Positions 39,480-51,740 of a stretch of 64,000 nt of DNA are shown here, in pieces. The first letter of the stretch is position 1, and each line of letters begins with the position of its first letter. The notes under the pieces were generated by a model. That model was given only the letters and a program-made list of their open reading frames with translations, did not search any database and was not told where the DNA came from. The stretch is from the NCBI GenBank assembly GCA_973895155.1, contig OZ316896.1, forward strand, positions 682,001-746,000, in the 5' to 3' direction. The translations under genes were made by a program, and so were the position numbers. Origin of the DNA: Marsupella aquatica. Taxonomy: Eukaryota; Plantae; Marchantiophyta.

Positions 39480-40200
39480 ATGACCAATCATCCAATGACG
39501 GAAATGAATCAATGACCAAAATTGCTAATGACACAAAAAGAATGACGGGAGAATGACTGTCCACAATGACCAATAGACTGAAATGACAAAATGATAACTT
39601 TTGCGTCATTTTGTATAATGTCTGTAATGACTGATGCGACCAAAATGACACAATTTTCCTAAAATGGTCAATTTAGACACATGTCCTAAATGACCCAATA
39701 AATAACAACCATGATAAATCAGTGTTTAGCACCATTATAGTCGCTTTGGACAATGATTGAAATGACCAAAAATCTATTTGGGTCATTTTGGACAACGGTG
39801 ATAAATGACAAAAATATATTTCTGTCATTTTAACCAACGGTGTTAAATGACAAAATCTAGGGTCACTCTCAAAATAAGAATATATCAGTGTTTACAACAA
39901 CATACCGTCATTATGGACTTCTCTCATAAATGACTAACTCTAGGGTCAATCTTGAAATTAGCATATATCAGTGTTTACAACAACATACTGTCATTATGGA
40001 CTTGTTGCATAAATGACTAAATATAGGGTCAATCTCAAAATCACGATATATCAATGTTCACAATAACATACAGTCATTATGAACTTATTGCATAAATGAC
40101 TACCTATAGAGTCATTAAAGAACCCAAGAGATATCAAGATTAAAATACTCAATAGTCATTCCAGACACCGGTCATAATTGTAGAGTCATTGAAGAATGCC
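39480..40200. repeat. GTCAT/ATGAC motif array directly downstream of the transposase
   Basis: Dense ATGAC motifs. Five consecutive GTCAT-N18-ATGAC inverted pairs at ~39782-40100, partly within ~81-83-bp tandem units. Confidence 0.9.
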
Positions 40201-43200
40201 AATGACTGCAATAAGGATAATGTCAATAGTCATATTAGAGGTCATTTTGACCAAATGACTATATAAGTAGTCATTCAATACATCCCTCATGGTGTCATTG
40301 TGGACCACCATAAATGACAATTTTTGGTCTACGAGCTTAAGGTGGGCCCGAGTGTGTAATGACTGCAGTTGTGGTCATTTGAGGGGTCCCTTGTGTAGTC
40401 ATTAAGCAAAAGCACAAATGACCAGTTTGGGGCTAGGGGCAGGACGTGGGCCCTAGAGTGCCATGTGGCCCCACATAGAGGTGAGAACCCCTCCACTGGG
40501 TGCGGGACACTATACTCATCATTGTCCAACCACTAGTTGCGGCATTAGCAATTTGAACACATGTCTTTGCATTTACTTAAGGCATGATGCACCTTTGGGG
40601 AAATCACTCCCAAGTCGTACGACTTTGGAGTGATTTGCCAAAAGTGTCACCATGGATGCATACCATCACATCCAAAGGCAAATAAAAGTTGTTTTTGGGT
40701 TCTCCAAGAGGTAGTGCTACACCAATGGAATGGGCAGGGGAGTCGTGCTTCCCTGTATGGTGTGGGTGCAGGTTTAGGGTAATTATAGGAATATTCCAAT
40801 TTTGCAAGGAATCTAGAGCGGGCTCTCTTTGGAGGTACTAGGGCCTTTATTGGGTCATATGTGAGCAATGGACCGTCATAAACGCCAATGACTACAAGTA
40901 GGGTCATTAAAATGGTCACATTGGATGTCATATAAGCCAAATGACATGAATTGTGGTGATTTGAGGGGTCCCTTGTGCAGTCATTTAGGAGAAGCACAAA
41001 TGACCAGTTTGGGGATAGGGACTACATGGGGGGCCAACAACCCCTTCACAAGGTGCTGGACACTCTACTTACTATTCTCCAGCCAGTAGTTGCACCCATC
41101 ATTAATCTTGAGACATGTTTTTGTGTTTACCTAAGGTGTTGATGCAACTTTGGGGAAATCACCCCCAAGTATACAACTTTGGAGTGATTTGCCAAAAGCG
41201 TCATCATGGATGAATATTTTATGTTCCAAAGGCAAATGGAGCCATTTATTTTGTTTCTCCAAGAGGTAGTGCTACAACAATGGAATGGGCATGGTTGTGG
41301 TGCTTCCCTCTATGGTGCATATGCATGAGGGTTTAAGGGTTTAGGGTTTTATTCCACTTTTGCAAGAAATCTAGAGTGGGCTCTTTTTGGAGGTACTAGG
41401 GCCTTCATTCCGTCACTTATGAATATACTTGTCTCAAAAATACCAATGACTACAAATATCGTCATTATGTACCAGCAGAAATGATCCTTTGGGTCTAGGA
41501 GCTTTGGGTGGGCCCTAGTGTGCCATGGGGCCCTGCATGAAGGTGGCAACCTCTCCACTAAGTGCGGGACACTATACCCACTATTGTCCAACGACTAGCT
41601 GCACCATGGAGCCATATTTTTTTGTTTACTTAAGGCATGATGGAACCTTGGGGAAATCACTCCCAAGTCATACGGCTTTGGAGTGACTTGCCAAAAGTGT
41701 CACCATGGTTGAATTTCATTGATCCAAAGGCAAAGGAAACCTTGTTTTGGGTCTCCAAGAGGGTAGTGAAACACCAATGGAATGGGCGTGACAGTGGTGC
41801 TTCCCTCTATGATGTGTGAGATGTTTAAAGGTATAGGAATATTCCAATTTTACAAGGAATCTAGAGTGGGCTCTCTCTGGAGATACTAGGACCTTCATTG
41901 AGTCATTTTTTAACAAAGTCGTGTCATAAGTGCCAATGACTACAAGTAGGGTCATTGAAATGGTCATATGGGATGTCATATAAGTCAAATGATTGGACTT
42001 GTTGTCATTTGAGGGGTCCATAGTGCAGTCATTGAAGACAAGCATGAATGACCAATTTGGGGCTAAGCATTGGAGGTGGGCCCTAGAGTGCCATGTGGCC
42101 CCACACACAGCTTGCAACCCCTCCACTAGGTGCAAAATACTATATTTGCTATTCTCCAACCACTTGTTGCACCATTAGCACTTTGAAGCCGTGTTTTTGT
42201 GTTTACTTTAGGCATGATGGAACCTTGGGGAAATCACTCCCAAGTCATACAACTTTGGAGTGATTTGCCAAAAGTGTCACCATAGAGTCATACCATCATT
42301 TCCAAAGGAAAATTGAGCCGTTTGTTTTGTCTCTCCAAGAAGTAGTGCAACGCCAATGGAAGATTGTTCTCCTTCTATGTAATTGTGTGATTTTTGTGTT
42401 GGTGTTTGATGGGGATAAGTCTCTGTTTGGCAAAGAATAGTGTTGGGGCATTGTGAGTAGGTGTTGTAATCTTCATTGGGTCATTTTGGAGTGATGGTGT
42501 GTCATTAGTGCCAATGACTGCAGTAAGAGTAATTTTGGCAGTCATATTGGAGGTCATTTGGACCAAATGACTGTATATGTGGTCATTAGTGAGGTCCCTC
42601 ATGGTGTCATTATGGACTAGCATAAATGACCCTGTTGGGTCTAGGAGATTTAGGTGGGCCCTAGAGTGCCATGGGGCCCTACATGGAGCTGACAACCCCT
42701 TCACTAGGTGCGGGACACTATGTACTCGTCATTCTCTGACCACTAGTTGCGCTATAAATATTTTGGAGCCATGTTTTTGTGTTTACTTTAGGCAAGATGC
42801 AACTTTGGAAAAATCACTCCCAAGTTATACAACTTTGGAGGGATTTGCCAAAGTGTCATTATGGATGGTACCTTCTTATCCAAATGCAAATTAAAACATT
42901 TTTTGGTCTCTCTAAGAGGTACATAGTGCAACATCAATGGAATGGGCAAGGTCGTAGTGCTTTGCTCTCTAGGGTGTGTGTGCGGGTTTGAGGTAGAGGC
43001 TAGGAATATTCCAATTTTGCAAGAAATATAGATTGGGCTAGCTTTGGAGGTACTAGGGCCTTCCTCGGGGGTCTCACTATATGGATGCCTCCCCATCACC
43101 TGCAACATTTTTAGGCCTTGGACCCCCTAAAATGTAAGAAAAAATATTTAATTTTCAACCCCTATAAAGTTGGAATATTTGATTTAAGAGACCCAATTTT

Positions 43201-44700
43201 TCTTCTCAGAAAATTCTTAAGTCTTCCCTTCAAACCAATAAAATAACCATCTACTTTGTAGCACATGATGTGCCATTTTTGTGAAAGTGAAACCCCCGAA
43301 GGGTCTTCATTCGGTCATTTGTGAACCATTGCATGTCATAATTACCAATGACTACATGTAGGGTCATTGCAATTGTCATATGGGATGTCATATGTGTCAA
43401 AAGAATGTATTTGTAGTCATTAGAGGGGTCCCCTGTGTAGTCATTCAGGATTAGCACAAATGACCAGTTTGGGCTAGAGGTTGGAGATGGGCCCTAGAGT
43501 GCCATGTGGCTTTACATAGAGCTAACAACCCCTCCACTAGGTGTGGAACACTATATTTACTATTCTCCTACCACTAGTGCACCATAATTAATTTTGACGC
43601 ATAGTTTTGCATTTACGTAAGGCATGATGCAATCTTGGGGAAATCACTCCCAAGTAGTATGACTCTAGAGTGAATTGCCAAAAAGTGACAATCAATGGAT
43701 ATCACTTATCCAAAGGCAAATGGAACCCTTTTTTTTTGGTCTCTCCAAGAGGTAGTGCAACAAGAATGGAGGGTTGTCGTCATTCCATGTAACTATGTGA
43801 TATTTGTATTGGTGTTTGGATGGGGGATACTCTGTTTTGCAAATGAATAGTGATGGGGCATTCTGAGGCGTTATTGTAATCTTTATTTGGTCAATATGCA
43901 ACAATGGTGTGTCATTATGAAAATGACTCAAATTGGGGTAATTTTGACTGTCATATTGGAGGTCATATGTACCAAATGACTGGATATGTGATCATTAGAG
44001 AGGTCCTCATGGTGTCATTATGGACCAGCACAAATGACCCTAGCTTGTGGTTCTAGGAGCTTTTCGTAGGCCATGATGAGTGAAGGTCCATTGAGTCAAA
44101 CGTACATTTATATTTATGTATGAACTTGTAAATTACATTTGACTTACAGTTGTCTAGCTTTTTTAATTGGTGGACACAAAGGCATGATGCAAATTTTTGG
44201 GGAAATTAAATCCCTCCCAAGTCATACCACTTTAGAGGGATATGCCAAAAGTGTCACGAAATAGGGGTATCACCTCATCCAAAGGCAAATGGAACTGAAT
44301 TTTTTCTCTACTAGGGGTGTTGCCACACCAATGGAAGGGTGTCGTCCCTGTGTTTGCCTTGGTGGTGTTTGTGGGGTGTTAGGGGTTGAAATATTATTTT
44401 CATTTTGCAAAGGAATATAGAAGGGGCTCTATAGATGGCCCTTTATTGGGTCATTTGTGAACAATGGGGTGTCATAAATGCCAGTGATATGAAAAATGGT
44501 CATTAGAGCTGTCACATTGGAGGTCATATGAGCCAAATGACTGCATATGTGGTCATTAGAGGGGTCCTTCATGATGTCATTTAAGACCACAAAAAATGGC
44601 CCATTTGGGACTAAGGTCTAGAGGTGGGCCTCAAAGTGTTGTGGAGATCTACATACACCACACAACCCATGTGAAGGATGCGGGGCACTATACTTGTTCT
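40200..44700. repeat. Diverged tandem satellite, ~570-bp unit, about 7-8 copies
   Basis: Landmark GGGGAAATCACTCCCAAGT (some copies diverged) at ~40597, 41152, 41650, 42227, 42807, 43637 and 44199; spacings 555, 498, 577, 580, 830, 562. The 830 interval includes a MITE. Confidence 0.92.
43065..43299. mobile_element. Mutator-type MITE inserted into a satellite unit
   Basis: TIR TCGGGGGTCTCACT / AGTGAAACCCCCGA. Flanks AGGGCCTTC(C) and AGGGTCTTC(A) form a 9-10 bp TSD. Sister units carry a single ACTAGGGCCTT(C/T)ATT site. Confidence 0.85.
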
Positions 44701-47700
44701 TATTTATTGGTGGCTCTTAGTGCAAGAGTTATTTAACTATAGCATTAATTTTGGAATGAATATGACTATGATACCGTCACTGAATGATACCATTTAATTG
44801 ATGCATTTGACTAATCTGCGAGTCTTGACAAATTTTGATCTAGTGCATACACATAGTTTTGAGAAATAACCCATCACCCAAAAAATTGCCTTAACATACA
44901 TTATATATATGCAGTCATGTTAAGTGGAAAGGGGAAATGTACTACTAAAAAATTAATGGAATTGTATCCATGCGTTTACAAAATAGACAAAGGTGTCATT
45001 TATAATGACATGATCATTGTTTTTGTCATTGAGGAGCATCAACAAAGCATATCTTTTAGTCTAGGGTCTAGTGGTCCTACGTACAGTATACACCACACTA
45101 CCCAACAAGAGGATGTGGGACAAAAAGCTAGTCGATCTTGGATGAGTATTTTCATTGGGATTCCCTTGAAGCCATACTGTAGCAATTCCATATCCTATCA
45201 AAAGTCAGATGAATTTGGGTACAGCTCAGCCAAAATTCTGTCCAAACAAGTATCAAAAGAAGTACCACCTTTACGGATAGGTTTGATAATCTAAAATAAT
45301 AGATGGGTACCACATTTTAGAATTTGTCATGCACAGTAGATAATTAATGTTAGGTGGCAATGTTTTTTGACAAGTACCCCAAATAAAAAAATACCCAATA
45401 TTTTCCCCTTTTCCTGCAGGGTTTGGCATTCAATTTCAGAATGCCCTTCCGGTAAAATCTACTACTCAACAAGGTGGCTTACAGATCTTGGAAAGGGGGT
45501 AAAATTGCTGGTTTACACCTCCTTTGCACCCCATTTACAGTTGTTTATAGGGTTTGTAAGTCAGGACTTACACTCTTGTAAATGTGATCACTCCTTCTTC
45601 TTTCTAATTCATTTTTGAAATTCAACCCTTGCACTTCAAAGGTCATCCAAATTGACTCGGGTTCACTCTAGGTTCTAAAAACCAGCTTTACAATGGTTTA
45701 TAGTCAGTTTACAGGTCCATAAGGAGTGATTTACAGTGTAAAACGGCTTTAACTACTTCCCTCTGTATTTTCAAAATTCCCACTCTTGAAAATAGTTGCG
45801 CGCGCTCAGTTCTTTGGGTGCTGCCAGACCTTCAAGCTCTCTAGCCATGGAGACTGGACTTAGTGCCCTATCACTCCGGTTGTATCATGACAAAATCTCT
45901 CAGTTGTTCTGCCCTCCCAATGTTTCCATAGCTTGATCCAACCTTCTCCAGCATGCTGCTAGATTCTTTCAACTACTGATTATTCCTTTGCTCCACTCGA
46001 CTCTGCAGATGGGCTTTCAATTTGACGTCTGTGCTATCTTTGTTGGCAGGCTCGTGCACATATGGACCGTCAAATCACTGCTTCAACTGGTATCAGTGTT
46101 CCCTGGTTTGTTGTGCTTTGCTGCAATCAGCCATTCTTTCAATGTCCGAAGCTGGTCATGCCTCCAATTGCAGCTATGCCCTTACTTTGCAATTTCCAAT
46201 TTGAACTGTGGGAAGATAAATTGAGTTGCTGTATCCATGAATGCAATGAGTCAGCAGCGTCCGTCTGAGCAGACTTTTTCATGACTTGCGAAAAGCTACG
46301 GGTCTCAATGGAAGGGATGCGACTCAGGTGAAACACAATGTTCGAGTGTTCTGGTTGCGGGAAATGTTCAAAGCTATGGAAATGGTTTGCGTATGCTTTC
46401 CTGGGCAGAAAGGCCCGAGTCCAGCCTTAATGTTGACTTAGCTGTAATTAACTGCAAACTATTTTACACTAGGTAGAGATAGTCGTAATTTGAACCTTCG
46501 GTGAGTACAACGGTGACGGAAATGACAGATTTCAGTGGAGAATTGATTGTAATTAATTAGGTGGCTGGCTGTAGCTGCGGGCGCCTTGCTATTGCACCCC
46601 AATCTCCCAGCTTGGAGCTGCATTGAGCTATATATGATCCCCTTCTCTTTTCTCCAGGCAGCCGCTGCCATCCACTTAGGTTTTGCCATACAGATTTTGG
46701 ATGCAACTGGCCAGTTTAATTGCTCATCTATCTTCCACGAGATTGATTTTACATTCGGTGCTGGTACTTGACCTCTGATATTCATCCCCGAATCAGTACG
46801 TCCTTCATTGCACTTGTAGTTTCTAAGTTTGAGACATTATTTTCTTATACAAGACAGTCACGTACAGTAGCCGAATCAGCTTGTTGGTTATAAATCTATA
46901 AATGATTGGCTCTAAGAATTGCCAGCAAGGAGGTGGATGGTAGATAGAGTGAATGGCCAAAGCAAATTCAATCAAAGACCTTGCTTTATTCTTCTGTGTT
47001 TCAATCTGAGTTGATGGGCCACAGTACTTTTCAACTCTTAATGCCCAAGGAAGTTGGACAAGGGACGTCTCTTTTTCAGCTTGGGACACTTTTTTGTTTC
47101 CCTTTTTCAAGTCTTGAATTGCTCAATTCGTAAGTGATGTCTCCTGCCGCATGCACTATCTGGATCTGCCTTGCTTTTTAGACAAGTTAACTTTAAAGGA
47201 TATCTCTCTTTATTGTATCTGCTTTTCTATTTAAGACAGCACTGTTTCCACTACTTGTCTCCCGGTTGAGCTTCGTTTTTATTACCCATTACAATCTAGA
47301 CCAATTTTCTGTCCAGGTGCATGTCAAAGTTGTTGTTTTGGATTTATTGGTGAGTCTTCTGCCCACTTGAATAGTATTTTCACCCGGGCCATCAAACGTT
47401 TTTGTCAGCTTTGGGAACAGTCTAGCTTGCCACCATTGGTAAGTTGGAGCTCCTCTGAGTATGTTTCATCGTCCTTTAATTTCCTCATTGTCCTTGCTTC
47501 TATTAATTCCATGGTGTTGGTGGGATGTAGCTTCTCAAGACATTGCAGGTCCTTTAGCAGAGATTTGGGAGGAGCGAGTCTCTTGATCAGGTCTCTTCAA
47601 GTGGCCTCAGTGACTAAAAAGCAAGGTAAGGCTTTTACTTTGCTTTGCTGCATTGGCAGAGTTTTTGGCTGGTGTGTCTGCTCTGGTGAACTGAATAATT

Positions 47701-49649
47701 TCAGAGTTTGAATCCCTTTGCAAAAGCTCAACAAATTAAATATTGGAGCATTTACTATGTGCAACATGGGACAGAGGAGAATGAGGAGTATTACTATATA
47801 CTTCTTCTCTACTGCTTTTAGTCGATTGAAAGCTGCAAGTTATTAATTGTGTCATTGTAACATTTGACAGAACCATATGATAGCCTGTGGGATCCTCCTT
47901 CGCTAGGAATATTTTCTGATTCAGTAATTCTAGCAACTAATTACTATTGCAGAGACATCTCTCTATATCCCAGGGCCATCCTAGAAAAGGCGCTTATGTT
48001 CCCTTCTCCAATTTTTAATCCATCCTGGTTTCTTTCATTGCAGGATATGTCCAATTCATTTGTCCAGATTGTAGTATATATTGTATTGATAGTTGAAATT
48101 TTATATTGCACATAGTGTCAATGGACATTTCAGATCCAATAAGATCTAGTGAGGACCTGGACAAGGACACAGTTTTCCAGTATCATGAAGCTTTCAAATA
48201 TCAAGTATTATGAAAGTCTATAAATTTTAGCAAAGCACCTAATTGCATGTCCTGCATCCCTTTGTTTGACTTCAAAGGATTTACTCTAACCAATAACCAA
48301 CTTCATCGTTGACTTGTTCACTTGGTTTTTTTGGATGACGAGCCAGGAAGGAATCTACTTTTTATGTGAAATTCTGGTAGGGACAGATGCTTTGATAAAA
48401 AAAAATTTAATGTTTTGTTTTGTACTTGCTGGCAGTGATATATTTGAAATGATTGTCAAAGGACTTGAGGATAAAAGGTACCATTGGTCCCTGTGCCACC
48501 CTAGAAAGGTGCAGTCCCTTCTCCAAATTTACTTATTGGTTTGGTCCCATTGCTCGACTTGCGTTCTTGCACTTTTGATGGGTACTAGATATTAAGCTCT
48601 TGACTAGGACCTAGATAAACATGAGTAAGTTGCTGGCATTGTTTATGTTCAACTTTGGTGACAAGAGGATATTTTTGAGAGGCCTTTTGGTAAGTCTGGC
48701 ATGCTAATTTAGAATTTCAATGTTGGCTGTCATCTTTGCAAAGATCCTGCAACCTGAAGACTCAAATGATATGTTATCTCATGATGGAAAGAGCAGAATT
48801 CAGATACTTGTTAGTTTGCGATGACAATAATTAAGGCTAGCTTACCAATGCAATGTTGGAATGAACTGGACTCTGGATGCTACAGTGGGATGGAATTGGA
48901 GGATCTGGCCAATAATTTTGATGAGGGCAAGAGAATGTTGATAATGGAGAGCTGAACAAGTTCCACAAGCTACACGGAGGACGAAGACTTGTGGGCAGGT
49001 ACCTCTTGGAATTTATAACAAGTACTTGCCTCTCAGACAATGCCCGCAATACAGGATCACTAGAGTGTGTTATTTTTTCATGTCACTTATTTTATTGTTG
49101 TAAGTTATGTCTAACCAGTTGCAGCCAACATTCTAATAGTCAATACTGCATATAATAGAGACATATTGAGAACTGCAATGTCTCACACCTTTTGTGTGTT
49201 GTACAGGATTTTCTTTGTATCAATTGTACATAGTGATTAATTTGTGGTGAGCAAGGAAAGTCACTCTTAATTAGAACATTTCTGATAGAGTTGAAACACA
49301 ATAAGCTACCGTAGATTGCTAAAGATAGGCTACAGGATTAGATGGTCAAGAGTGCCCTCATTCCATTGTAGATGCATTGATTAAACTATCCAAATTGTGT
49401 TTCCCACATAGCTTTTCAATCATTGAGTCATGAATAAAGCATGATTTCTATTTGGGTCTTTCAAAATACATCTATGAGTAACTTCCATTATCTTTGGATG
49501 ATTGTATTCCTTATGTAGAGATGTATGATTTGTCATTCTATATGTATTATGCATTTATCATATTGAATGTCATCCGTTATCATTTTTTAAGTAACATCTA
49601 GTGATTTCCTTTTTTTAAAGATGCAATAGAAAACTTCTAAATACATGAG

Positions 49650-50330
49650 TGTCAAAATGACACCCTCCATGACACTCAAAATGACATTATAAATGACGGT
49701 GCCTTATGACATCCAAAATGACACCGTGAAATAACATATTTAATGACCCCTTATGTAGTCATTTTAGCCATGACAATATGACATCTGTAATGACTGTCCA
49801 AAATGACTGATTGACTTATGCAATGTGTCGTCACTTAACTTGCTTAAACTAGGGTCACTTTGGACATATCCGAAATGACAACAAAGTTTCTCCAATGTGC
49901 TATGAGAGAATGATCCACATGGCGGCTAATGATTCATCACATCTTTAGTCATTTTAGACATGTCTGTAATGACAAGAAATTATTGCCACATGTTGATCAC
50001 TAGAGATGTCATGTGTCTGTATTTCATTCGCTCAAAATATGGGTCATTTTGGACTTGTCTGAAATGACATATTATTTGTTTAGTCAATGGACACGTGGCA
50101 TTCTGTTATTGGTGACGGTGACCGTCAACAATGAACGGCACAAGACCGTCGATGATAATTTTTTACGTCATTTTGGACCGTTAGTCATTTATGACCCAAA
50201 AATATTAGAGTCATTTTGGACAATAACAAATGACCATGAGACTTTTGGGTCATTTGTCCGATATGACCATGACGCATTTGTCCAATGCAACGTGTCTGGA
50301 AAGACAGAATCAAATGCGTCATTATTTTGA
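49650..50330. repeat. Second GTCAT/ATGAC motif array, directly downstream of the BAH-like gene
   Basis: AAATGACA repeats and GTCA(T/C)TTT(G/A)GAA/C-type pairs with 15-16 nt spacers, for example GTCATTTTGGACTTGTCTGAAATGAC at ~50043. Confidence 0.85.
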
Positions 50331-50411
50331 TGAAAAGACCAGTTGGGTTGTCATTGTTGCAGTCATAAACAACCATGTTTTCTACTAGTGTGATTAGAAT
50401 GTGACTTTTAG

Positions 50412-51740
50412 TTAAGCTGCACAAAATAGTATACCAATTACCTTCTCCCAACGTCCCTTCTTTGTTGGCCTAACAATGCCAAACAGGAAAGTAGTCTCAG
50501 CATCCTCTGAGTTGATGTAGAAGCACACTTCTTCCCGCAGATCTCGTAAGCCCCAATTTTTTCCAACATCCAAGTTCACATGTGTTCCATCAAAAAGTTC
50601 AACCTCTAGGTCCATCATTTCAACAGCATTAGCTTGGTCCATTGCAACCCACACATCTCGCACAAGCCGTTCACGCACATAACCAAAAGTCACATACAAC
50701 ATTTGTCGTCCCACATGGTACCTAAAACCAATCGATGGTCGAAGAACATGACACTTAATAATGTCATTTGCAGCCTCAATTTTAACATCCCAACCTGGAT
50801 CCATTAGAGATGCAAGTAGGGCTTCAGAAGCTGGTTTGAAGACACACAAGGTCTTAGTTTGACGCATTCCCATACCCCCTTCAACATTAAAAAGGTCTAT
50901 CATGATATGGATTGGCATGAACCAACTTACTCTACACACACGGCCACCTGTACTTGATTTCATTGCCAAATGGAAGTCCCCAAAGAGTCTAGCACGAAAT
51001 GATTCACTGCTGCTCATATCTGGAACTGGCCACGAGGGATCTTGGAATGGAGGAAGAGGTATAGCTGTCAAGGTTCCAAACTTCCCTTTTTTCAAGGGTG
51101 GTATATAGGCCGCATCATAAAACAAGATGCCAGAATGTAGCAACTCCTTGTGGGTTCGAGTTCCTCGAGTGGCTTCACCAATCACTCCATGTCGCACCAC
51201 AACCACATCCAAAATAGAAATTGGGTCTTGCCAATCTTCACACTTTGTTGGATAAATATCTGTAAAGAACAATACAAGCAAATCAGTTAGACTTCCACCA
51301 AATACTAGTGGCCCAAGATAGTCATATAACCTAATGTCCAACATGGGATTAACTATGGAGGCCTCACAGAATCACTTACAATTCAACCGGTTGCTTGGTA
51401 CCCCATGAGAGTTTGACTTGACTTGCAATTGGCGATGATAATATGCATGTGACACCAAAATTGATTGTATTGATGATGAACCCGGAGTAAACTTGAAGTT
51501 TTTGACTTGGCCAACAATATCTTGTTTGGCCCATGGCCCTCTTTTTGGTGGGTTCAAAGTAACCCATGAACCTTTATCAATTCTTTTGGGAACCCAAACA
51601 TCATTGTTGTCCCTCTTGATGTGGATGAGGACTGATTGGACCTGTGAGCGAGGGCGCTTCGTCATGAAAGCTGAGTTGTACAATATTCCACAATAGTCTG
51701 CATGTTGGAGTACACCCAATCTTTGACATAAGTGACTCAA
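50412..51740 (-). CDS. Spliced gene: putative BAH-like domain plus C-terminal ubiquitin-like (beta-grasp) domain; ends uncertain
   Basis: Exons ~51720-51380 and 51259-50442 join in frame over a GTAAGT...TTTACAG intron: IDKGSWVTLNPP...DIVGQVKNF...ILVSHAYYHRQL...NY|IYPTKCEDWQDPISILDVVVVRH...LFYDAAY. C-terminal part reads LEVELFDGTHVNLDVGKNWGLRDLREEV...FLF. Confidence 0.6.

Noticed and set aside
39480-44700. CRISPR-like array, or protein-coding ORFs in the repeats
   Set aside because: Eukaryotic context with no constant repeat plus unique spacer structure. The short ORFs are broken differently in each unit.
50412-51740. Convergent gene as a true RAG2 homolog
   Set aside because: No kelch repeats or PHD Cys/His pattern visible; the resemblance is only positional and functional analogy.
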